Shown here: positions 1 through 9,397 of the stretch, in pieces
Layout: every line of letters starts with the position of its first letter
How positions within the stretch are numbered: the stretch's first letter is position 1
DNA from: an uncultured Chloroflexia bacterium
GTDB taxonomy: Bacteria > Chloroflexota > Limnocylindria > Limnocylindrales > CSP1-4
Length of the DNA: 64,000 bases
Assembly (NCBI GenBank): GCA_963768655.1
Contig: CAVYIM010000004.1
Location: forward strand, 480,001-544,000
Reading direction: 5' to 3'
Notes under the pieces: generated by a model
The model's input: the letters and a program-made list of their open reading frames with translations, nothing else
Told to the model about the DNA's origin: nothing
Databases searched by the model: none
Program-made: the position numbers and the translations under genes

Positions 1-640
1 CTCGAAGGCCGGCAACGATCTGGTCTCCGATCGGCGGGTCGGCGAAGAGTCCGATGGCCTGCGACGTCCTGCCGATGACCTCGTCACGGCTGTAGCCGGT
101 CTCAGCGAGGAACGTCCGGTTGACGTCGACGATCGTCCCGTCGCCGGCTCGAACGATGAGCATCATCACGCCGGCGTTCTGGAACGACGCCGCGAACCTG
201 GCCTCGCTGGCTCGAAGGGCTTCCTCCGCGGCTCGGCGGCCGCTGACATCCACAGCCGCCGCAAGGAAGCAGGGTTCGCCGGCCACATCGATCAAGGAGA
301 GCGAGCACGAGCACCAGCCGATCACGCCGCCCGCGAGCCGGACCTGAACCTCGACGTTGCGCACGGGCCTGTGGTCGAGGACCTCGGCGGCCAGGCGGGC
401 TCGGTCGGATTCGTTGACGTAGAAGCCCAACTCGGTGGCGGTCTTGCCCACGATCTCCGACCGGTCCAGGCCTACTGCCTCACAGTAGGCGTCGTTTACC
501 TCCAGGATCAGGCCGTCCCGCGTGCGCGATATCGCCATGAAGATTCCGGCGGTCTGGAAGGCAGCAGCGAACTTGGCCTCAGTGGCCTGAGCTTTGACTA
601 TTCGAGTGTCATCGGCCGGCTTGGTCTCGGCTCGATCCAT
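1..640 (-). CDS. PAS-domain sensor protein (5' part; runs off left edge)
   Basis: Manual translation from ATG at 640: MDRAETKPADD..EAKFAAAFQTAG..LEVNDAYCEAVGLDRSEIVGKT..AEEALRASEARFAASFQNAG..VDVNRTFLAETGYSRDEVIGRT; tandem PAS repeats. Missing from the ORF track because it has no stop in the window. Confidence 0.85.
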   Translation of the reverse strand, partial: MDRAETKPADDTRIVKAQATEAKFAAAFQTAGIFMAISRTRDGLILEVNDAYCEAVGLDRSEIVGKTATELGFYVNESDRARLAAEVLDHRPVRNVEVQVRLAGGVIGWCSCSLSLIDVAGEPCFLAAAVDVSGRRAAEEALRASEARFAASFQNAGVMMLIVRAGDGTIVDVNRTFLAETGYSRDEVIGRTSQAIGLFADPPIGDQIVAGLR

Positions 641-1101
641 TCTTGGCGAACTCCGTACGTCCCCCGTACGTCTGCGACCCGGCGACCCTTCTTGTCGCCG
701 CGATGGAATGCGGCACAGGACACGGCGATGGAGCACGAGTGGGCTGGGCAATCTTAGACCGCGATCCCACCGCATCCAACCGTCAAATGGGGGAGAGGCG
801 GCAGAGTGGTGGGCCGCCTAAAGCGGCGTATGACGCTCAACGGGGACTGGACTTGTGTGCCGACAAGGCCTCGCGCGTGGCGCTCGAGCCCGAGAGTTCG
901 CGCAGTGCCTCGGCCGAATCGGTCGGCGGTGTACGCGACAAGCGAGAGCCCTGGATCCGCCGGCAGCGGGACCGATTCGCACGCGAGCGTGAGCTCGCCG
1001 ACGAGCGGGTGCCGCAGCGCTTCGTGCCGGTGAGGCGGAAGCGCACAGGACGGCTCCGCGTGAGAAGCCCGGTGGGGCTGGGCACCCTCCCGACCTCGGG
1101 C

Positions 1102-1485
1102 TCAGGCGTCGCCGGCCCGGCGCAGGCGCTCGAGCTCGCGCCGGAGACGCTTGCTGGGCCGGCCTTCCCCGCGGATGCGCATGATCCCCGGTCCGACCTC
1201 CGTCACGGCCGGCGGGCTGTGGTCCACATAGCAGGTCGCGGCGGCGGGGGCCCCGACCCGCGACTCGATCGGCCGCACGACCTCGATGACGCGCTCGCGA
1301 TCCGCGATGCGCGCCTCCACCCGATCACCTGCGCGAACCTTGGTCGACGGCTTCGCCAGCAACCCGTTCACGAGGACGTGGCCGCCCTCGCACAGCCGGG
1401 TCGCGAGCGGGCGGGTCTTCACGAGGCGCACCGCGCACAGCCAGCGATCGATGCGCGTCTCGTTGGCATCGGTGGCATCACTCAC
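1102..1485 (-). CDS. RNA-binding S4 domain protein (Hsp15-like)
   Basis: RIDRWLCAVRLVKTR..GGHVLVNG..KPS..GDRV and C-terminal GRPSKRLRREL; GTG start chosen at 1485. Confidence 0.9.
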   Translation of the reverse strand: MSDATDANETRIDRWLCAVRLVKTRPLATRLCEGGHVLVNGLLAKPSTKVRAGDRVEARIADRERVIEVVRPIESRVGAPAAATCYVDHSPPAVTEVGPGIMRIRGEGRPSKRLRRELERLRRAGDA

Positions 1486-1559
1486 GCGACATATGTTCCC
1501 ACGGGTCGAGGAGGCGTCGCGGCGCCCATTGCCGCCTTGATGCCAGGGGAACGAAGCTC

Positions 1560-1611
1560 TTGCGTCTGTCAGGTGATGTGGTACTCTGTCGCATGTAAGG
1601 ACATCCTGACA
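1560..1611 (+). promoter_or_regulatory. Promoter and palindromic operator of the ArsR operon
   Basis: TTGCGT-N16-TACTCT followed by imperfect palindrome TGTAAGGA-CA-TCCTGACA (1594-1611) just upstream of the RBS. Confidence 0.55.
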
Positions 1612-1625
1612 GGTGAAGGAGAGCA

Positions 1626-1970
1626 ATGACACAAGATCGGCCGACCGGCGACGATCTGGTCGCGAAGCTGGCGGCACTGGCCAGTCCCACGCGACTACGG
1701 ATCATCGCCAGGTTGGTCGGTGGTCGTGACTATGTCAGCGGCATGGCCCGCGAGATCGGGATGAGCCGGCCGCTCCTTCACATGCACCTGCAGAGGCTCG
1801 AGGCCGCTGGGCTCGTCGTCGGTCATCTCGAGCTGTCCGAGGACGGCAAGGCGATGAAGTACTACGAGCTTGCGGATCTCGATCTCCACCTGACCCCGGA
1901 CAGCATCGCCGAGGCAGTCAAGACACTGACCAATGCGGATCCCGATGCGGATCCGGCGCACAAGGAGTAG
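1626..1970 (+). CDS. ArsR/SmtB family winged-helix regulator
   Basis: LAALASPTRLRII..YVSGMAREIGMSRPLLHMHLQRLEAAGLV..GKAMKYY; RBS AAGGAG. Confidence 0.9.
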   Translation: MTQDRPTGDDLVAKLAALASPTRLRIIARLVGGRDYVSGMAREIGMSRPLLHMHLQRLEAAGLVVGHLELSEDGKAMKYYELADLDLHLTPDSIAEAVKTLTNADPDADPAHKE

Positions 1971-1975
1971 CTCTG

Positions 1976-2224
1976 ATGGAATGGCTGGTATGGCCCGTCG
2001 TCATCGTGGTTGTTGGCCTCAGCATGGTCGGCCTGCCCGTGGCGGCTGACATGTACAAGGCCAGGCTCAAGGCGGGTCAGGAGAACGACCTGCGTCAGCT
2101 GGTCGACCGATACGAGCAATTGGCCGAGAAGACCATGGACGCGGAGCAGCGGGTCGCAGCGGACGTGGCGGATGTGCGCGCTCGTCTCGCCGCGGTCGAG
2201 CAGATCCTGCGGTCGGTGGGGTGA
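1976..2224 (+). CDS. Small membrane-anchored coiled-coil hypothetical protein
   Basis: N-terminal TM helix, coiled-coil tail ..RLAAVEQILRSVG; RBS; coupled to neighbours. Confidence 0.75.
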   Translation: MEWLVWPVVIVVVGLSMVGLPVAADMYKARLKAGQENDLRQLVDRYEQLAEKTMDAEQRVAADVADVRARLAAVEQILRSVG

Positions 2225-2739
2225 CGGCCGAGGTAGCCAACATGGAGACCGGGGAGGCCGGCGGCACGCGGACCCCGCGCCGGCCGCTGTCGTTTCGCGA
2301 GCGAGTCGTGCTGAGCATCCACCGCGGCCTGGACAAAGAGCTGTCTGGATTTGGCGTGTGGATGGTCCGCCGCAGCAAGGGGTCCATTGCCGATCGCTGG
2401 AAGGTCAAAGTGCTGGTGCTCACCACGATCGGCCGTCGGACGGGCAAGCGCCGAAGCGTCGTGCTCCAGTTCTGGCCCGACGGCGACTCGATGATCCTTG
2501 CCGCGGCCAACGGCGGTGAGTCTTCGAACCCCGCCTGGTATTCGAACCTCCTCGCCGATCCCATCGCAACTGCCGAGGTCCTGGGCCGAGTCCTACGCGT
2601 TCGTGCAGACACGTTGCCCGAAGACGAAGGGGCACGCTGGTGGCGATGGATCGCCGACCACGCTCAAGACTACGAACGCTACGAGCGTGCCACGGTCCGC
2701 CGAATCCCCATCGTTCGGCTCGTGCCGCTCGACGACTGA
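2221..2739 (+). CDS. Deazaflavin (F420H2)-dependent nitroreductase family protein (Ddn-like)
   Basis: VLVLTTIGRRTGKRR..AANGG..PAWYSNLLADP..YERYERATVRRIPIVRL; GTGA overlap. Confidence 0.88.
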   Translation: MTAEVANMETGEAGGTRTPRRPLSFRERVVLSIHRGLDKELSGFGVWMVRRSKGSIADRWKVKVLVLTTIGRRTGKRRSVVLQFWPDGDSMILAAANGGESSNPAWYSNLLADPIATAEVLGRVLRVRADTLPEDEGARWWRWIADHAQDYERYERATVRRIPIVRLVPLDD

Positions 2740-2763
2740 GACTGAGTCGAGAGAGGAGAATCC

Positions 2764-3117
2764 GTGCCCTACCTACTTCTGTTCTGCTCGGGCATCTGTC
2801 TCGACATGGCGAGCATTCACCTGTTCGACTTCGCTACCACCAGTCGCCATCCCATGATCCGAAGATGGCGATTTCCGAAGTTGGCCAGCACCATCTCGGG
2901 GCTGATCCAGCTCGCCGTCGCCGGATCTATCCTTCCCGCTCTTGATTGGCGCCTATCGGACGCGGCGAGCACACTCTCCGTCTTTGCGGGTTTTGCCTTC
3001 TGGGCGCTCTTCTCCGCAGCAGCGGCGGAGCGAAGAGCTCTCAGGCACACGGAACCCTCCGTGCTTATACGCGACCGGCTCGAAGGACTTCCCGCCAAAC
3101 CAGCATGTTCCGGATAG
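2764..3117 (+). CDS. Hypothetical membrane protein
   Basis: RBS GAGGAG, three hydrophobic segments. Confidence 0.55.
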   Translation: MPYLLLFCSGICLDMASIHLFDFATTSRHPMIRRWRFPKLASTISGLIQLAVAGSILPALDWRLSDAASTLSVFAGFAFWALFSAAAAERRALRHTEPSVLIRDRLEGLPAKPACSG

Positions 3118-3268
3118 ACGGCAGCTTGTGACGGCGGGCTCTGGGTTGGGATCCAGGCGGGTCGCGGTGGATCGGCACTCTCACTCTTGCCGCCCGTTGC
3201 GCGGGGATTGTTGCGCGATCCGGTCGAGCCGGTTCCGCTTCTTCCCGCCGCCACCCGCCAGTGCTGAG

Positions 3269-3380
3269 ATGTATACGCGAGCCAGGCCCACCGGTACGCC
3301 GCACGATCGACCCTGGGGCATCTACTCGGGATACTTCACCGATCCTGAGGGGCACCTCTGGGAGATCATCTGGAACCCCG
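3269..3380 (+). pseudogene. C-terminal fragment of a VOC/glyoxalase protein
   Basis: PHDRPWGIYSGYFTDPEGHLWEIIWNP is the typical VOC C-terminus; N-terminal half is absent. Confidence 0.6.
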
Positions 3381-3439
3381 ACGGCACACGAGCCGCGCCA
3401 AACGCACTCGGCGTCGATGACCCAAGGAAGGACGATGCG

Positions 3440-4015
3440 ATGCCAGAGCTCCTGATCGATTTCATCACCTCGCTCGATGGCTACGCGGCCGCTGACGGCT
3501 GGCCAGGCTGGTGGGGGCTCGAAGGCCCCGAGTACCTCGCGTGGCTAGGCGAGCAGCCAGAAGCGGACTACACGGTCCTCATGGGTGCCACCACGTACCG
3601 CCTCATGTCCCGATTCGCCGCCGAGGGTGAGCCCGGCACTGATGTCCTCGCCGGCATGTCAAAGGTCGTCTTCTCGACCACGTTGAGCGAACCTCTTTCC
3701 TGGCCAAACACGCGACTCGTGGCCGACAACCCAGTTGAGGTCGTGCGGGCAATGAAGCAGGCAGCCTCCAAGTCTATGCGCACGATAGGGAGCCTCACCC
3801 TGTGCCGCGCCCTCCTGAAGGCCGGCCTCGTGGACCGCTTTCGCGTCGTTGTCTTTCCCGTGATCACCGGACGCACCGGTCGCGAACGGATCTACGACGG
3901 CTATCCCGATGTCGCGCTAGACATGACCAGCAGCCGCACCTTCGATGGTCGCATCCAACTGCTCGAATACGTTCCGACGATTCTGGCAGGGCCGTCTGGC
4001 GCCAACAGGAGCTAA
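3440..4015 (+). CDS. Dihydrofolate reductase family (RibD C-terminal) protein
   Basis: MPELLIDFITSLDGY..LMGATTY..IGSLTLCRALLKAGLVDRFRVVVFPVITG; RBS AAGGAAGG. Confidence 0.9.
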   Translation: MPELLIDFITSLDGYAAADGWPGWWGLEGPEYLAWLGEQPEADYTVLMGATTYRLMSRFAAEGEPGTDVLAGMSKVVFSTTLSEPLSWPNTRLVADNPVEVVRAMKQAASKSMRTIGSLTLCRALLKAGLVDRFRVVVFPVITGRTGRERIYDGYPDVALDMTSSRTFDGRIQLLEYVPTILAGPSGANRS

Positions 4016-4214
4016 CACCAAAAAGACCTATCGGACTGTGTCCGGAGCTGAGCCATCGTCGCTGATGGGTTCCACGAGGACCCACTCGCCATAGGCTCGA
4101 CCCTGCGAATATCCCCAATCGGGCATACCTGGGGCCCACCAACGCCCTGGTGAGCGGAGAGGTCCAGGACAGCGGTTTCTGCGACGCGTAGAGGGGACCG
4201 GGCAACAGTCCGCC

Positions 4215-5099
4215 TCACTCCCGTCGATGGACCGACAAGAACTCCCAGATCAGGCGCGTTGCGTCGATAGTCGTGCTGATGCGGCCGAAGATGGGCGGGA
4301 TCCAGATCCGCGCGCTCGCGCCGGGCCAGGTGTGACCGCCGCCCTCTATCCGGTAGAAGTCGAGGTCGCTCAGTGGGTTGGAGCCTCGCCAGCGCCGGAT
4401 GGAGACGTCGGCGCCAAGCGTTTCGATCTCACAGGACGCCCCGACTCCGTTGACCGACCGCCAGAAGGCGGCCCATTCGTCCACGCCGAGGGATGGCCCC
4501 GCCGGGTGCCTCATCATGACTAGTCGGCTGAGCCCGCCTGGGCGGCCGCCGATGTACGGGGCCGAGCGATCGGCCGTGCCATGGAAGGAGATCACCGGTA
4601 AGGGCAGAGAAGGCCTGGCCCGCTCCGACACCGAGACACTCACCGTGCCCGCCACCTGGCCGATCCCGGCGATGAGATCGGGCCGCTCGCATGCGAATTG
4701 CCCGGCCATGGCCGAACCGTTCGACATCCCGACCAGGTAGACACGAGCGCGATCGATCGAGGTCCGGGCGTCCACGTCTTCTATGACTGCCTCAATGAAG
4801 CCGACGTCGTCCACCTCCGAGGTGGGCGCCCCCTGGCGTCCGTCGTTCCAGATCTCGCCGAGCGCCTCCGGCATGGCCAGGACGAAGCCTGCCTCATGGG
4901 CCAACGCCGAGAAGCCGGTCCAGAGGTCGAACCTTGCGGCAGGTATTCCCCGCCCGTGCAGCTGGACGAGCAGAGGACGCGGTCCGGCGGCTTCCGTCGG
5001 CGGCCCAGGGACGTGAAGCAGATACTGCCTGCCGTGCGAGTGGCCGGTCAGCCGGCATACGGCGAAGCTCGCTCCAGGCCTGTGATTGGGTTCGCTCAT
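4215..5099 (-). CDS. PHB depolymerase family esterase (LpqC-like)
   Basis: LHG, DDVGFI, RVYLVGMSNG nucleophile elbow, FHGTAD, IEGGGHTWPG. Confidence 0.85.
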   Translation of the reverse strand: MSEPNHRPGASFAVCRLTGHSHGRQYLLHVPGPPTEAAGPRPLLVQLHGRGIPAARFDLWTGFSALAHEAGFVLAMPEALGEIWNDGRQGAPTSEVDDVGFIEAVIEDVDARTSIDRARVYLVGMSNGSAMAGQFACERPDLIAGIGQVAGTVSVSVSERARPSLPLPVISFHGTADRSAPYIGGRPGGLSRLVMMRHPAGPSLGVDEWAAFWRSVNGVGASCEIETLGADVSIRRWRGSNPLSDLDFYRIEGGGHTWPGASARIWIPPIFGRISTTIDATRLIWEFLSVHRRE

Positions 5100-5706
5100 G
5101 CCGGCCAAGTTACCGCCACCGTCCAGTTTTCGTGGCCGCTGGCGTGCCAGATCCTGCCGTGACGGCGGCCACTGAGACTGCGCCGGCCCGCGTGACTGGT
5201 CTTCGTCGTAACGAGCAGGCGTTGGAGTGGGTCTCCTGACCAGCGGCAGCTTCGCGGGTTCTGTGAAAGGCTTCGTCGAAACCGCGTCTTCGCCAGACAA
5301 CGGATACGACCGCAGCCATCTCTACGGACGAGGAATAGCGGCTGCGGCGACATGGCCGGAGCAGTTAGCCCCTCCAGAGGGGCTGGGCGCTGTCACCGTC
5401 CGGATGGCACAGGCTGCCCATTCGGACGGGCTACCATGTACCACGACGCCGAACGCTCCACGAGCGCAGGCTGGCTGACCAGGCGGGCTCGCTGGAAGTC
5501 GCATTTGGAAGCCAAGAGCGTCAGCGCGTGATTACAAGCTGTGTGCTGAGCGTGAAAAGGTCAGAATCGGCTACAGTTGTACGCTCTACCAGCGTGGTGC
5601 CAAGCAGGTGTTCGTTGTCTGAGGACCTATCGACCACTCAGACCCTCGGTTCGTTAGGCCAGAGATCGCCATCCAGCGCGATAGCCTAACAAACGAAGGC
5701 AAACGG

Positions 5707-5782
5707 GCGGGAGTAGCTCAGTCGGTAGAGCGTCAGCCTTCCAAGCTGAATGTCGCGGGTTCGAGACCCGTCTCCCGCTCCA
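5707..5782 (+). tRNA. tRNA-Gly(TCC)
   Basis: 76 nt cloverleaf GCGGGAG/CTCCCGC acceptor, D arm AGCTCAGTCGGTAGAGC, anticodon arm TCAGC-CTTCCAA-GCTGA, T loop GTTCGAGAC, encoded CCA. Confidence 0.98.
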
Positions 5783-5907
5783 ACTCATCTCTGGCTTCTC
5801 CACGAGGCTCAGCCTGAGTCTCGCGTCGCAGGTCTGCTGCTTTGTCGCTATGCAGGCAGGCAGCGCGCTGGTACGTTCTGGGTGTCAACGTCGATGGGGG
5901 CGCTTTC

Positions 5908-6960
5908 ATGGACGACGAGTACGAACGCCTGGCCGCCGCTCTGGACCGGCTCGCGAACGGCTTTCCCCGCACCGAATCCGGCGTCGAGCTGCAACTGCTG
6001 CGCAGAATGCTGACGTCTGAGGAGGCGGCGCTCGCGGCTGTGATGACGGCCACGCCGGAGCCGGTCGCCAGGATCGCGGAGCGCGGCGGGATGAGCGCCC
6101 ACGGCGCCGCGGCCATTCTCAAGGACCTCGCCCGGCGCGAGTTGGTCTGGGTCAACTCGAAGCCTGGTGCCCGGGGATTCCGCCTCGCGCCGTTCGTCGT
6201 CGGCAGCTACGAGGCCTACATGCAGACCACCCCCGACGCGGAGTTCGCGCAGCTCGTCGAGGAGTACTTCAGCGGAGGCGGCGCGGCGCTGATGATGGCC
6301 CAGCCGGCGATCCATCGCGTGGTGCCGGCACGGGCGGCGGTCAAATCCGAATGGGTGCTGCCCTACGACGATGTCCGCGCGATCCTGCTCGGGGCCAGGT
6401 CGTTCGTCGTGGGCGACTGCGTCTGCCGGGTGCAGCAGGATCTGCTCGACAGCCGCCGCTGCGACTTCCCAGTCAAGGCGTGCCTGTGGTTCTCCAATTC
6501 GGAGGACCCGGGCCGTGAGGGCACCAGCTCGCAGGAGGAAGCTCTCGCTTTCCTCGATCACGTCGAGAAGATCGGGCTTGTCCATACGGTCAGCAACGTC
6601 ATGGAAGGCGTCGGCTACGTCTGCAACTGCTGCGCCTGCTGCTGCGGCCTGCTGCGCGGCATCGGCGAGTGGGGCATCGACCACTCCGTGGCCCAGGCCA
6701 ACTACTTCGCCCAGATCGACCAGGAATCGTGCACCGGTTGCGCCGTCTGTCTGGACCGCTGCCAGGTGAGCGCCATTTCGGAGCAAGGTGGTCAGTACCT
6801 GGTGGACCTCAGTCGCTGCATCGGCTGCGGCCTGTGCGTGTCGGGCTGTGGCGACAAGGCAGCGATCCTGCGGCCAAAGCCGCCGCAGGAGATAGTGCCG
6901 CCGCCTCTCGACTTCGCCGCCTGGGAGCAGCAACGGTTGCACAACCGCGGCCTCCTCTGA
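5908..6960 (+). CDS. 4Fe-4S dicluster protein with N-terminal HTH-like region
   Basis: CVCR, CNCCACCCG, CTGCAVCLDRC and CIGCGLCVSGC ferredoxin motifs. Confidence 0.9.
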   Translation: MDDEYERLAAALDRLANGFPRTESGVELQLLRRMLTSEEAALAAVMTATPEPVARIAERGGMSAHGAAAILKDLARRELVWVNSKPGARGFRLAPFVVGSYEAYMQTTPDAEFAQLVEEYFSGGGAALMMAQPAIHRVVPARAAVKSEWVLPYDDVRAILLGARSFVVGDCVCRVQQDLLDSRRCDFPVKACLWFSNSEDPGREGTSSQEEALAFLDHVEKIGLVHTVSNVMEGVGYVCNCCACCCGLLRGIGEWGIDHSVAQANYFAQIDQESCTGCAVCLDRCQVSAISEQGGQYLVDLSRCIGCGLCVSGCGDKAAILRPKPPQEIVPPPLDFAAWEQQRLHNRGLL

Positions 6961-7120
6961 CCCGAGGCGGAACTGGCTCGTTCAAAGGGCTCGCAGCATT
7001 CCAGCGGACCTCGGGCTGGGGAGCGACGGGAGGGTCGCCGAAGACGGGCGACGAAACACGATAACTGGACATGACATGCTCGCCCCTCTGAGCGCGGTGC
7101 TACTGCGCTCACACTCCCCG

Positions 7121-7167
7121 GCCTTCCAGGCTGAATGTCGCCGCGTCGAGAGCCGTCTGCCGCTCCA
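7121..7167 (+). repeat. Degenerate copy of tRNA-Gly 3' half (att-like remnant)
   Basis: 41/47 identity to 5736-5782 by manual alignment, from anticodon arm to CCA. Confidence 0.85.
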
Positions 7168-7431
7168 TATCCCTCCTGTGCGGCAGGCGGCGCTCGCAGG
7201 CTCTGATGGGCTGTCTCACCCCTCGGGCTGGGTTCCTGTGGAGCTCGACCTGGTGCCGCTCCAGGCGAGACACCCGGTGGCCAAGTCCGGCATGTTAAGC
7301 AGGATAGTCATACTATCGGGGCGACAGGCTGTGCCTCTCGGCCAGCAGAGCCATCCAGAGATCGGGTCCGTCGCGCAGGACCTCCGGTTAGACCTTCGCT
7401 AACGCGCGCTCACGTCGCAAGGAGGTCGTGG

Positions 7432-8850
7432 ATGCTACGTCCTGACTACTCGATCCAGCACGCCACGGCCGTCGTGGAGGAGGCGCGGCGCGATCGGCGT
7501 CTCGAGCACATCCGCGGGCTGCGGCTTGACGTGGTGTCGGAGAGCGACTCGGGCTGGAATCGGGCTCGCCGGGCCTGGAATCTCGCCGCCGATCAGCGTC
7601 CCCCGCACGTTGCCTTCCCCGAGACGGCCGACGACGTCGTCCAGCTCGTGAAGTTCGCCGCCGGCGAAGGGCTGCGGGTGGCGCCCCAGGGGACGGGACA
7701 TGGCGCGGGAGCACTGGGCGCCATCGAGGATGCCTTGCTCATCAGACCGTCTCGGATGCGCGACGTCGCGATCGACCCGGGCAAGCGCCGCGCCCGCGTC
7801 GGGGCCGGGGTGATGTGGGGCGAGGTCCAGGCGGCCGCTGCCGAACATGGCCTGGCCGGCCTGGCGGGCAGCTCACCCGAGGTCGGGGTGGTGGGCTACA
7901 CCCTGGGCGGTGGCCTGGGCTGGCTCGCCAGGCGCTATGGCCTGGCCTGCAACAGCGTCCTCGCCATCGACGTCGTGACTGCCGATGGTCTGCTGCGCCA
8001 TGTCGACCGCGAGCACGAGCCCGATCTCTTCTGGGCGCTCCGCGGTGGCGGGGGCAGCTTCGGCGTCGTCACTGCGCTCGAGTTCGCTCTGTATCCCGTG
8101 CGCGAGCTGTACGCGGGCGCGATGCTCTGGCCGCAGGAGCGCGCCACCGAGATCCTGGCGGCCTGGCAGACGTGGACCTCAGGTGTCCCCAACTCCGTCA
8201 CGTCAGTCGGCCGCCTCCTCAATCTGCCGCCCAGCCCGGAAGTCCCCGACGCGCTGCGGGGCCGCTCGTTCGTGCTCGTCGAGGCCGCCTGCCTCGTGAC
8301 CGAGGGCGAGGGCATCGAGCTGCTGCGCCCGCTTCGAGCGCGCGGGCCGGAAATCGACACTTTCACCATGCTGCCTCCGACCGCGCTCGGAGCGCTGCAC
8401 ATGGACCCGGTCGAACCGGTCCCAGTCGCGATCGACGGATGGCTCCTCGCGGACCTTCCGCCGGCGGCAATCGACGCCCTCGTCGAGGCGGCGGGTCCTG
8501 GGTCGGGATCGCCGCTGCTATCGGTCGAGCTGCGCCACCTGGGAGGTGCTCTGCTCGACGCTGCTCCGGAATCTGGGGCGCTGCCCTCGCTCGACGCCCG
8601 GTTCGCTATCGCCGAGATCAGCATGGTACCGAACGCGGACACGGCCACCGCCGTGCAGCGTCATGGCGCTCTCGTGCGGTCCGTGCTGGCACCGTGGGAG
8701 GCGGAGCGGAACTACCCCAACTTTGCCGAACGATCGTTCAGAGTGTCGGATTTCCACTCGCCGGCCACCGCCGAGCGGCTCGGCCGCGTCAAGGCTCAAT
8801 ACGACCCCCGAGACCTCATTCGATCGACGCATCCGATCCCAACGTCGTAG
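7432..8850 (+). CDS. FAD-binding oxidoreductase (berberine-bridge/VAO family)
   Basis: GTGHG, VGYTLGGGLGWL, DLFWALRGGGGSFGVVT, YPNF..RLGRVKAQYDP; RBS AAGGAGG. Confidence 0.92.
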   Translation: MLRPDYSIQHATAVVEEARRDRRLEHIRGLRLDVVSESDSGWNRARRAWNLAADQRPPHVAFPETADDVVQLVKFAAGEGLRVAPQGTGHGAGALGAIEDALLIRPSRMRDVAIDPGKRRARVGAGVMWGEVQAAAAEHGLAGLAGSSPEVGVVGYTLGGGLGWLARRYGLACNSVLAIDVVTADGLLRHVDREHEPDLFWALRGGGGSFGVVTALEFALYPVRELYAGAMLWPQERATEILAAWQTWTSGVPNSVTSVGRLLNLPPSPEVPDALRGRSFVLVEAACLVTEGEGIELLRPLRARGPEIDTFTMLPPTALGALHMDPVEPVPVAIDGWLLADLPPAAIDALVEAAGPGSGSPLLSVELRHLGGALLDAAPESGALPSLDARFAIAEISMVPNADTATAVQRHGALVRSVLAPWEAERNYPNFAERSFRVSDFHSPATAERLGRVKAQYDPRDLIRSTHPIPTS

Positions 8851-8869
8851 ACGCCCGCCTGTGCCGCGG

Positions 8870-8914
8870 CAGCCTAGCTGACTTTCGCGGGTTCGAGACC
8901 CGGCTGCCGCCCCA
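8870..8914 (+). repeat. Second degenerate copy of tRNA-Gly 3' half
   Basis: 8876-8914 is 34/39 identical to the tRNA 3' end, keeps GCGGGTTCGAGACCCG; anticodon loop deleted. Confidence 0.8.
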
Positions 8915-8945
8915 CTTCCCCCAAACCGCGCCCATCGAGGTTCGG

Positions 8946-9191
8946 TTATTCCACTCGTGAACGCGGCTGGTCGAACATCTGGATCAGGGTCAGAGATTGA
9001 TCGGCGTTGGCCCGAAGGGCGTCGGATAGGGCCGCCATTTCGTACTTCGCGGTGAATTCGGACGCGTCGGGCATGTCGGGGCCGGGAACGTCGGGATTGC
9101 CGGCGACGTCCGCGATCGACGGGCTGGGCTGGCTGTTCTCCAGCTCCCGGATCCGCGACACGAGTGCCCCGATCGGGCTGATGCCGTCCAT
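8946..9191 (-). CDS. Small hypothetical protein, C-terminus YjfB-like
   Basis: KYEMAALSDALRANADQSLTLIQM pattern; weak resemblance only. Confidence 0.5.
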   Translation of the reverse strand: MDGISPIGALVSRIRELENSQPSPSIADVAGNPDVPGPDMPDASEFTAKYEMAALSDALRANADQSLTLIQMFDQPRSRVE

Positions 9192-9397
9192 GCCCGAGCA
9201 CTCGGGCGAATCGGCGCTGTCTTTAGGGTTTTCCCCTAGAAACGTTGTCCCGGCGCACTGTCCCGCCATGCGCCTGAGGCCCCGACCCCCTTCTCACGAG
9301 ACGATCGGCCCGGCTGGATGAGGGGATCGCAGCTGAGCCCGTTCCACCCGGCGGTCCCGCGGCCTTTGCGTGGCCTGCCGAGCGGAGTGGTGTCACC

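Noticed and set aside
643-1629. 328-aa + strand ORF
   Set aside because: Antisense shadow of the S4 protein; no motifs. The same applies to other long antisense ORFs (5848, 10700, 16571, 26851, 29588, 34806, 41263), expected in high-GC DNA.
5653-5690. GTTAGGC...GCCTAAC resembling integron attC core sites
   Set aside because: Order is reversed for an attC, it occurs once, and no integron integrase is seen
7317-7329. TCGGGGCGACAGG similar to the tRNA-Pro-like core (also CGGGGCGACA near 63737)
   Set aside because: Too short in GC-rich DNA and lacks the shared flanks
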